DNA from: Selaginella moellendorffii | Taxonomy: Eukaryota > Plantae > Lycopodiophyta | Direction: 5' to 3' | DNA length: 64,000 nt | Assembly: GCF_000143415.4 (NCBI RefSeq) | Contig: NW_003314262.1 | Location: 4,440,349-4,504,348 of the forward strand | Shown here: positions 37,907-49,139 of the stretch, piece after piece | How positions within the stretch are numbered: the first letter of the stretch is position 1 | Layout of the letters: each line of letters starts with the position of its first letter | Position numbers and translations under genes: made by a program | Notes under the pieces: model-generated | Databases searched by the model: none | What the model saw: the letters and a program-made list of their open reading frames with translations, nothing else | Told to the model about the DNA's origin: nothing

Positions 37907-40900
37907 ATGGCCTTCAGGGTTGGGGAAAAGGTTTACATTTTGAATGGTGGGAAGAGAGTTGCAAAAGGGACCCTTGTGTCTATGGATCGGAACTTTGTTA
38001 TACACTGTCAAAGGCTTGGGGAAGGCAATGCTGCTGTATCAGTAGAGACTGTCTTCGATGGGAATGTGGTCGCTATTGAACGAGGAGAGATGGTCGTCGG
38101 GGTAAATGTTGTTGTTGCCTTGAAAAATCTGCAGAAGAAAGCAGATGTTGGGGACAGCGCAAGTGCGACGCATGTTCCCTCCGTGGATCTTAAGAACCGT
38201 GCTACATGGATTCAGGCAAAGGTGTTTCTAAACAACCCTGAGGGGGAGGTGGTAGCTGAGGGCTTAGCCACAGTTGTCGATCCAAGAGATGCGGTTGCTA
38301 ATCAAGAATTGGGCTGGGATGATATTGGAGTTGCAATTTTAGAGGTTGTTGACACAGAAGAAAACAGTCTGACTATTGGAAGCATTGTGCGGTGGAAATT
38401 GAGGCATTTAGTGTTTGAGAATGTGAAGGATTCACAATCAAACACCACTACAACTGATGACAGAACATCTCTTCATGGGAAAAGAAAGTACACCTTCCTA
38501 CAGCGCAGCCAAAGGGATCTGAGCAACGAACCGAAAAGGCAGAAAATGGCGATGGAGGTTCGAATGGTCTCGACAGTTGCTTGTTGCAAGAGGAGGTGCT
38601 GTCAACATGCTGATTGGGATGCTATTGAAGAGGAGAGAGCAAGATACAAGACATTGTCCTGGAAGGCAGCTCGCAATTTTGTGTATGAGGCATTACGGTC
38701 ATCTGTTGATGCTTCAGAACATCAGGTGGGGGGCATGGTCTTCCAGAGGGGTTTGGTCTGCATGAAGGCATGGAGAATCATTTATGGAGTCCCTCGAACC
38801 ACATTCTACAGAATCAAAACTGAGTTCGAGGAACAAAGGGTTCAACAGGCAGTCCATGGGAACGACGGTACGCACAAAACCAGGGGTCATGTTGTATATG
38901 GAGAGGCAATCTTCAAGAGGTTTGTCGAGACATGTAGCGAGCAGCAACCACATAAAACCCGCCTCTTGGAAGATGGAACACGAGACACCCAACGAGTTCT
39001 CCCTTCCATGTATACCAAGGGGGCCATATTGGAAGATGTGAATTGGGAACTCCAGAGTAATGGCTACAGGAAGCTGAGCCAATCTAGATTTAGTAGATTG
39101 TGGAGCAACAGGTTCAGGGATGTGAGTATAGGAAAGTACTCCAGCTTTTCAAAGTGTGACGAGTGCACTGCTATCAAAATGGCTTTGTCAAAGAATTCTT
39201 GCAGCGCTCAAGAGCGAGAGACGTTGGTTAGAAGGCGGCTCGACCACAACATCGAGCAGAGAAGCTGCAGGACTGCATATTATCATAACAGGATTCTCTC
39301 CATGGAGAGACCTGACTCTTACCTCTGCATCATCCACGACAAAATGGACCAGAAAAAGACGTGCTTACCTCGACTCAATCCTGCCCCCAAGGCAATCTCT
39401 TCATCCATGCAGCTGCCTGTGTCTCTATTTGGCATAATCACTCATAGGCATAGTGCCCAGAACTATGGGAACTTCTTTGTACCTCTATGGGGTGGCGGGG
39501 GTGCAAACATGATGATTGCGTCCCTAGCAAAACACTTAAGGTCTCTGCAAAGTGCGCAGACTGAGCTGAACGGCCAACCCTTGCATAAGGCCCTTGTCGA
39601 TCGAACCCCATACAGGGTTCAGCTGGAGGAGGAGCAAAGGTTTGCAGTATCGCGTGGGGCCCCATGCCATCCCAGTGAATATGTTGGCCGTCAGATTGTA
39701 GGGTTATCACGTGAGGCCTCATGCCATTCCGACGAGGCTGGTCGCCCGGTGAATGCACAGCCTCATCCAAACGAAGCAGAATCTCAAGGAAGTTCTTGCG
39801 GCCGATGTGGCCTTCCACCCCATCTTCTGCTCCAAACAGACAATGCTGGCAGTGAGAACAAAAACATGTACGTCTTCGCGTACTTGGCGATGCTTGTTGC
39901 CAAAGGCATATTTGAAACGGTTACACTTGGCTTTCTCATGGTTGGGCACACTCATGAAGACGTCGATGCCATGTTCAGTCACCTGGCAGAGTCCCTCCGG
40001 CGATCCAATGTCCTCACCCTCCCACAACTCTACGATGAATTCCAAAATTGCATCAAAGGCACTGTTGAAGCTGCACTTGTGACAGAGGTTCCAGACTTTA
40101 AGGGGTTTGTAAGAGGCTACATCAGGGACGGATCCGAAACGCTGATTGGCCACTCCAAGCCTCTTCAGTTTCATTTCAGCATGCGTGACGGTGCTCTAGT
40201 GATGAGGTACAAGATGAGAGAATGGGACACAGTGTGGCTGCCAGTGGATGGCATTGAACTCTTCAAGAGAGATCCCATAACTGGGGAACCTATGATTCCT
40301 CAGGGTTCCCCACGGCCGATGCACCCGGATGGACTCAAAGACCAGGAAAGTATAGTGGCCGGGATTAGACAGCATATTGCCTTCTGGAAGAGGGGGTTGG
40401 TGTTTGGTGGAGAATCCTATTTTAAGAGGTGCAAGCCTTTGCTCGAATACTGGGAGAAGATTATATCTGCTATCCAAAATGGGCCGGTTGTATATGAAGA
40501 ATTGGAAGAGTCCTTTTGGCCAGAACCCAGAGCACCAGATAGTAGCGGAACAATGTCCTCTGGAAATGCAGTGACAGATAACGATGTTGAGGATCACTAT
40601 TGTGGGCCGAGGAACAAGAAGCCGGATTCAGCATTCAATCCAGTACAAGTCTGCAAAGGAATGGTCGTGCTTGTCAGACCCAGTAATAAAAAACAAATGA
40701 TATGGGTGGGGCACTGCATCACTGATGCAGAGGAGGACGCGGAAACTAACTCCTTCAATGTAACTGTGGAGTGGTTCAAGCCAAGTTCCAGATATATGAA
40801 GGATTGCCTAGAAAAGAGATGGGTGCTGAATCCAAGGGATCCCAGCATGAGCATATCGGTGGATAATGTTGTGCATGGTTGGATGCGGAAGCAGAGTGCC

Positions 40901-41048
40901 ACCATCACCTTGCCAGACCATGCAAGAGATGCAGCAAGAGCATCCATAACCCGGGTTCAAGGTGAGATTCATTAATATTCCTTTACTAAGTTTCTAATGT
41001 ATTTTATTTCAAGGTGAACAATCCGAATCTGAATCAGAGGAGGCGTGA
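37907..41048 (+). CDS. Transposase-like protein (about 1030 aa) with a DDD-type RNase H-like core
   Basis: Open 1022-aa ORF with CDEC, IIHDKMDQKK, LQTDNAGSENKN and FLMVGHTHEDVDAMFS. A probable short last intron (about 40962-41013) adds EQSESESEEA*. Confidence 0.75.
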
Positions 41049-41663
41049 TGGCATGTGGCCCTTTGCACTAGTATATCTTAATACTGGTCTGAGAAATAGA
41101 ATGGCATGTGCCCTCAGGCCTTTTACTAAATCACCTTTGAAAGAAATGCAAGCCTCTATGTCGTAAAAAAAAGGTACTAGAGAAATTCCTTAATAATATG
41201 AATGTTATTTAGTTTCATGAAAATACACTAAGGGTCAAATGAGTTAAATGACTTCTCCAGACTAGCAATGCCTCTTGCTACACCTTCACAATTAGATTCG
41301 TTAGAAAAAGATAACATTGAATAATATCTAAATGTTTTCACCATTAAGTTATATGTCTGGCTAATAGGAATGACGTTCATCTTGGAAAGCTCACCACACG
41401 CTCAATGAACAAACAAATAGTGTGTGCGCGCATGCCATCGCTCTTCTTTAGCTTCAGATTCGGCTTGTTCACCTTGACAATGAGATTTATTATACAACCA
41501 GATGGACTCAGTCTGGACACAAAGTCACCGCGCTAGTCACCATGCCCCAGATATGTCTAGCCCCTGGACAAAAAACATATAATTTCACGTCATTTTCAAA
41601 TACTTGAAAATTTGTACCTAGTCCCATTTTACTGAATAAATCCCACTTTAACGAAATAGAGCT

Positions 41664-42941
41664 TAGCCTCTCGTTCAACCAGAGGCTCCAGCTCTGGAGG
41701 AGGTTCCGTCTCTGCCTTGGTTCGCTTCCGCCCTGCCTTTGCCATCTCCCAGCAATTCGCCTCTATCCTTCGCTAGAACTAAGGAAAAGGCTCCGATACC
41801 AAATTGTAAGCCACAAATTTTTCCTTTCCAATTTGCCAGCTTACCTCGACTATCCGACCAACTCTACCTTGGCTTGTGCTAAGTTCCCTCGCCAAGGTTC
41901 TCGCTTATGGTACCAGCTCCTACTTGGTCCTACTTGGTTTCAGCTACTCACTACACGAGCAACAGAGTGTTAGCCATCCATCTACGGATTCCCAAATCTC
42001 TCCCAATCCCCCTCCCCGGGTTAGACTGGACTTAAGGTTCGGCTACACTCCCCGCAGGCACAAGCAGCCAAGCACACCAAGCCTCCAGATTCCTAACACC
42101 CCAAGGTACCACAAGACTTGATCATGGGACCCTCTAAATCCCAAGCCTTGGGTGTAGCACTTGCTTCGGGGTGTCGGGGCGAAACACCGTGGCCTAACGG
42201 CCTGGTATGGGTACCTCTACCCCCCCACTTCCATCCCGAAGGGAAGGTCTAAGCCCCTAGGAAGGGCGAGGACCAATGAGCTGCATGGTACTCAAGTGGG
42301 GCACCACTCCACATGAGCCAGGAGCACTGCAGTCGGTTTCCCTTTCGGGAGTGGGAGCTGCTCTTGAGCACTTCCTTGGATGGCCCCTCCGGCACCAACC
42401 AAGTCCATGCTCACTCCCACCCAAGGCCCCTCGGTCCCGTCCCAACCTCAAGTCAGTTTGGAAGCCCTACTGAAGAGTTCCTTCAAAACTGGTTCTTGGA
42501 CCTCACTATCCCTATTATACTTTTGGAACCCCCTGCAGCCCCCCCCCCCCCCCGGGAGACGCACGCTTTGGGCTTTCACCCCTTGACCCGTATTAGTACT
42601 CGGACTTAGTCTCTGGCTCGATCTTGGACTCGATCTCGGATCCAACTTCGGCTTCAGTCTCGAACTTGATCTTGGACCCGACATCGGACCCGACCTCGGA
42701 CTCGACCTCGGACTCGGTCTCGGACCCGATTTCGGATCTCAGACTCCGTCTCGAGCTCGGTCTCGAACTCGGTCTCCGAGTCGGTCTCGCACTCGATTCC
42801 AGACTCTATCTCGAACTCGGTCTTAGAGTCGGTCTTGGACTCAATCTTAGACTTGGTCCCATCCGATGAACCCTTTATCATTTTGGTCAAGCTTTCGGGG
42901 CTCCTTTAGCCTACGACACCTCGACGAGTTGGTTCCTTACA
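41664..42941 (-). mobile_element. Truncated chromovirus copy: 5' LTR (41805-42941), PBS and gag start
   Basis: Closely matches 55406-56706, with TGTAAG...CTTACA ends. Abuts the integrase of Gypsy copy B. Confidence 0.9.
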
Positions 42942-44370
42942 AAAAGGTCTCATAAGATCAAACGCCACCAACTCAAATGGACAGAAAACTACACTTGACT
43001 CCAACCGTCCTTTTGTGGCATGAGGGGGAGTATTATGAACTTGACACCAAACGTAGCTACACATATACTGGATAATATTATGTCACATCTCTGGCTAATA
43101 GAAAGACTTGCGCAACTTCTCAGTTACATGACAATGTCCTATATGCCCACCTAGAATAGGAGAATCATGGTAGGCATGGAGAAACCATGGAATAAAGACA
43201 AAAGGCACCACCAGCTATAAATGATCATCAAGATCCGTCCCCACAAAATAAAGAAGGCCGTTTTCAAAGTGATATAAATGCCGAAAAGGCAAGTCATCAG
43301 CAAGTGATGTAGGATTCTCAAACCCATCTTGAAGCTTTCAAATCCACAGCTCAATCTTTTGAGCCTTGTGAACCTCATCAAGAGAAGATAGATCTTGCTT
43401 TGCACCTTGTGGACACTGAATGTCAAGTACAGAAACTGTTGACGCAACAGAATCCTCGTCTAGAAAATCCACAAATGCTAGAACAACAGACTGGTTAAAA
43501 ACATGAGAAGAGATTGGAGAAGGAAAAGGAGCTGGAGAAAGGGTATCAGCATTAGCCATAGAACTTCTTGGGCGATGAACAACATCAAAATCATATATCT
43601 GAAGCTTCAAAGCCCACCAAGCAATATGACCAACCAGGTTCTTTCGTTTCAATAATGAAGTAACGGTAGCATGGTCACCTTCAAGTAACGTCCGAGAAAT
43701 ATGTAGATATGTATGAGTTTCTCGAAACCCCAGACTATTGCTAAACACTTCTTCTCTATCGTGCAGTATTTTACCTCCATTGGTTGTAATGTATGGCTTA
43801 TATATACAATAGGATGGCGCTAACCAAGCACACTCAAGTGTAAGACACAAAATCCCTAGGCCCCAAAGTGGAGCCGGAAGGGCGCCACTGGTAATGACCG
43901 AAGCAAAAGCCAAACGAGCATAACACGTTTGGACTAAAAGCTTCGACTCGAAAGGTCGAGAGTGGGAGTGGAACTGCCAACAAAGTGCTCGAAGAATGAG
44001 CATGAAGCGAGCAATAAGCAAGGCTCTAAAAAGGGACCCAAAAAGGACCAACACATGACACGTGGAGGAGTCCGAGATGGACCGAGACGGAGTCCGAGAT
44101 AGAGTCCAAGAAGGAGTCCGAGATGGAGTCTGAGATGGAGTCCGAGGTGGAGTCTGAGATGGACCGAGACGGACCCCAAGATGGAGTCCGAGATGGACCG
44201 AGAAGGAGTCCGAGATGGATCCGAGATGGAGTCCGAAATGGAGTCCGAGATGGACCTGAGATGGAGTCCGAGATGGACCCAAGATGGAGTCCGAGAAGGA
44301 CCCGAGATGGAGTCTGAGGTCGAGACCGAGACCGGGACCGAGACCGGGACCGAGACCGAGACCAAGACCA

Positions 44371-44409
<39 letters not shown>

Positions 44410-47115
44410 TCGGGACCGAGACCGAGACTGAGGCCGAGGCCGAGACCGAGCCCAAGCCCGAGTTTGAGTTCGGGTCCAAGTCTGAGTCTGAGTTCGAGTT
44501 CGAGTCCGAGTTCAAGTCTGAGAGGGTGAAAGCCCAAAGCGTTCGTCTCCCAGACCCTGGGGGGTTTGGTGAACTCCAAAAGTATAGTAGGGGGAGGACT
44601 GTAGTGGAGCCAGTTTGGCCAGGAAGGCTATACCTAGTGTTGGGTGATGAGCTGCCCACTGGGAAGTCCAAGACTAGAGTGAACATGGACCGACAAGTGG
44701 GGTAGCTGTTCCCCCGGAAGATCTACTGGTTGATGCTCCCAGTTCAAGTGTGGGTGGCACTACCTACTTGGATACCAGGTGTGGCTTAACAGAACCTCAC
44801 TCTAAGCCCACGGCTAGAGCACCTAAAGGCAGAAGGTGGGGAGAGTACCCATGAGGGCCATGTAGGGCCACGGTGTTCCAAAATATTGTCCCAAAGTCCC
44901 AGACTGTGAAAAGGAAGAAGAGTAGCCCTTTGGTGTGGTGACCAAGGACACAGTCACACAGTGAGGAAGTCCTAGAGGATAGTGAGACTTAGTGGTCAGG
45001 CTCATGGGCCTTGATCCAGTGGCAGTGTTAGCGAACATGGCCTAGGACAGAAAGGGACTTGGTGGGGACCGGAAAGGGGATATTGGGGAAGGCTATTCCC
45101 CATGTCTAGGGGCATCCTAAGGATGCTAAGGAGTGGATCTAGGATGATCACTCATGGACGGATGGCCCAGTCTTTGAGAGACAAGACTGTGATGTAGGTG
45201 GTGTCAGACCACCGATGTGACTAAGGTGAATAGGCATGGCCTTAGCGTAATGGGCTGATATAACAGTGGTACCTTGGGGTGTTGGTCATGGGTTTGGACA
45301 TGTGGAGCACTTGGACCAAGTGCAAAGGTTGAGTGGCGGGGATGCCATTCTCGGGGCTAGCAAGCCCAAGTCCGAAATAAAATTTATGAAGGTTGTGAGT
45401 GAGACTCCTCCAAGTGGTCGGAGGTGTGGTTAAGTGACTAAAGTAGAATGGAAAATTTAGTCGCTTATATCAGGCTCTTTTGCATCAATACACCTCCAAG
45501 ACCAATATCAGAAACATCCATGCGCAAAATAAAAGGTTGAGTGTAGTCAAGATATGCCAAAACTTGAGGAGTCATCAATAGCTCTTTGAGATCCACGAAT
45601 GCCTGCTCACAATCTGAAGACCAGATGAAAGATGATGTTGATGACTTCAGCAACACTCGCAATTGTGTAGTGCGATAAAAAAGATGGTCCACAAAACGAC
45701 TGAGATACTACACCTTACCCAAAAAGTGTTGCACATCATTTACACACTTTGGAGTAGGGAACTTTAAAACAGCCACAAGTTTGTTAAGATTAACTTGCAA
45801 ACCCTCACGAGAAATACGATACCCAAGATAAGTTGTGTCCTTGGACACAAACACGAATTTCAACCACTTCAACTTTAAACCAATGTCCCGTAGCTGATTC
45901 AACATTTTACAAACATCACGAACGTGCTCCTCCCATGTCCCCTCCAAGTGGATCAAGATATCATTAATGAAGTCAGCAGTCACCTCTGGCATATCACAAA
46001 GAACCTCGTCCATCATCCACTGAAAAGTCACTGAAGCATTGTTCAAACCAAACGGCATCACCAAGAACAATAGCAACATCAACCTCCATTGGAACAAGAC
46101 TATCACCCATAGAAAGCGGAGCTGAAGGATGTGCAGTAAGAAGTGGAAGAGGTAACGTTTCATAACGTTGTGCCAAGTGAAGAGCATTGTCAAGGTTGGT
46201 GAGAGCAAGTGCATGCACAAGTCCAACAAAATATTGATGAAGTGCTGCCCACAACACTCCTAGCTTGATCCGCTCTAACATATTTGGCTCCACACGAATC
46301 AATAAGTTTCGAAAATGAACGCCAAATTGCATCACTGACTTAGATGGCCCTTGACGGAGACGATGCAATTGCTAGAAGGCATCAACACAATCGTCGACAT
46401 GTCCGAATGCACGTTTGAAGATGTCTGGAAGAACACTCTAATCCCCACAAGTGGCTACACTCAAACCATTGTACCACTGTGGCAATCACCATGAAGTGAT
46501 CGAACCAATGGTACATGTCATCCCCAGGACTCTTGCAAAAGAACTCCAGCTGAATGAGAGGATTGGCACCAAGAGTAGGAGGAGTTATACCACGTGCTGT
46601 CAATGCAACTATTAACTAAGTTTGGTTGTTCAATTACAAGCGCATAGCATCAAGCAATTGTACCAACTGTTACTCTAGAGTCAAAGGAGGAGATTGCTGA
46701 TTTGCTATGAAAATGAAGGAAAAGGAAGAGCAAAAGAAGAGAAATGACAAAAATCTAGAAGGAAAGGGAGATCTAGACAATGTAAAAAGTTAGATCTAAA
46801 CCAAAATTTTAAAAGGAAAGAACAAAAGAAAGGAAATTGAAAAAACTAAATTTAGACGGTGCAAAAGCTATATTTAAACTAAAATCCTAAATCCAAACAC
46901 TCCTCAGGGATAATGAAAGGTGCCCCTCACCTCCACCAATATGAGTGCATAGAATATGGAAAGGGAATATAAAAAATATGCATATCAATTAACTCAAAAA
47001 CCCTAGTTTATATACAGGAGTAAATGGTTCGAATTGAAACCAATCTAACAGCTATTAAAATCCCACTATGCTAATATTAGTATATGGCATCATAGTTGTA
47101 CACTTGGCCCTCACA
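42942..47115 (-). mobile_element. Ty3/Gypsy copy B (same family as copy A), inverted, decayed and internally deleted
   Basis: LTR about 46941-47115 matches 32556-32729. Gag, RT, RNase H and IN fragments align to copy A. Gag end is joined directly to the RT MPFGL motif near 46068. Confidence 0.9.
43839..45469 (+). mobile_element. Solo LTR (about 1.63 kb) inserted in copy B RNase H
   Basis: TGTAAG...CTTATA ends, 5-bp TSD TCAAG/TCAGG, (GAGACC/GAGTCC)n array. Shares blocks with the chromovirus LTR. Confidence 0.85.
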
Positions 47116-47166
47116 CTCCTAAATTTGTTATTCAAATTTTTAACATTATTTTAATCATGTTCAATT

Positions 47167-47523
<357 letters not shown>

Positions 47524-49139
47524 GCTTTTGGTATTTTTTATACATGTAAATATGTTAAGAACTTTACTTGCAATATCCCAAGGTACATATGTGATTTTTA
47601 ATTAACATGAATTATTTTTATCTATATTTATTTTTTATTATAGGTTTAAATGAAAATATTTAATATTCTATAAACATTATTTTTTAAAATTTAATTTAAG
47701 TTTTTATTAGCTAAAGAAACACTAATTATTATATAGATGTGGATATACCTCGGATATTCATAAATATTCTAGAATTTCTACTTATTTAACTTCGGATTAA
47801 CATCCTTATTGCTTCAAAATTCTAAGGGTAAACTCTCCATCAATAATTTGAAATATGGTTGTTATCAAGAGACAAATGCAAAAACAAAATCATAGCTGAA
47901 CTATTTACTATACGTTTTCATTGGGGAGTCTGGTAATGGGAAGAAAAGGCATATCATGGTGTTTACAATCCAAGAACTTTTCAATTCTTCTCTAGTTTTC
48001 TTCATGTAAACTTCTTAAATTGATCAACATATGATACCAAGGTTTAAAATTTAGAAAATTCTTGGCAACAATCCCTTTTATAGAATCACCACAAATTTGG
48101 AGCTGGTAACATTGTGTTTTCTTTTTGTCACTTCTCACAAAACCTGGACAACATCCAAGAGAGAACAAATAAAGATCCAAATCATCAGCATTTAATATGA
48201 AACACATGCTAAGGTAAACTCTTTTTGTATTACTCATAAAAAGGAAATACAAGTAGATTGCATAGATTTCAATACATGGGTTCAAAAAGGCATGAAAAAG
48301 CTTGTTGGATATAATAAAGATTTAACTCGTAGTTCACAAGTGCACAGCTGGTGGAACTCCCATTGCTCCACCTTCAAGAAGAACAAACGTCTTAAAAACC
48401 TATGGAGCTGGGAAGCATAAGGTATAGGATGCAAGTCCTAGACCATTCAAAACAAGGCCACCATATCCAACCCCTGTGAAAATTGGAGAATTTCTCCAGA
48501 TTGCATTTGGGCCCAAAGGGCAAGTCCCAAATAAGACAAGCTGAATGGGCCTTGGTCCCCCACCCCATGCTCTAGCTCCAACTCTGCCCCTGCCATAGAC
48601 CAAAGCCAACATAGTGATAGTTCCATTAGCTCTCTCGTTGAACCTTTTGAGACCGATATAGAGCTCGTAGCGAGGATAGTTTGGTCCAAGGAAGATCACA
48701 ACTCACTCATGAAGATTCTTGGGCATCTAGGATGTTGCAATCTTGATGACAATAGCTCTGTAGGTTCTCAAAGCCACAACATCGAGAGGAAGAATAAAAC
48801 TTTGGCCACGGACTAGCATTGTTATATTGAGCTCGTAAAAGTCCCCCCCCCGAAATCCGGCTTGTAGCTAAGAACTATTGCCACCATGAACAATCCACCT
48901 ACTTATACATCAAAAGCAGCTCCCACCTTTAACTGAGCTTGCCCATAGGGGTTATATAGAAGTTCCCTTGCTATGATCTTTCCTCAGATGAAATCACAGA
49001 GGAACTTCTTGTTTCCCGATGCCCACTTGAAACCATTGACGTTAGAAGCATCCAGGTTAGAAGCATTCTTGGTTGCTCACCTGGAGAAAGATTTGGCATT
49101 GGGAGCTGTTCTAATGATCAAGTCGCTTGGGCTGTAGAG

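Larger units (their letters stand above)
36341..41660 (+). mobile_element. Putative DNA transposon (Sola-like DDD type) with dispersed 22-bp palindromes
   Basis: Carries a transposase-like ORF and about 12 copies of ATGGCATGWGGCCWCATGCCAT. Limits are inferred from where flanking retroelement homology stops. No TIR or TSD found. Confidence 0.6.

Noticed and set aside
41620-41644. Possible right TIR of the DNA element ending AATAAATCCC
   Set aside because: No matching inverted copy was found at the left end.
43338-44705. Long GL/SV/ET/RP-repeat ORFs
   Set aside because: They are artefacts of stop-free hexamer arrays in an LTR.
48400-49139. Possible gene interrupted by the chromovirus (continues at 56707-56830)
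   Set aside because: The joined sequence has several stops and no recognisable domain, so it is too weak to call.
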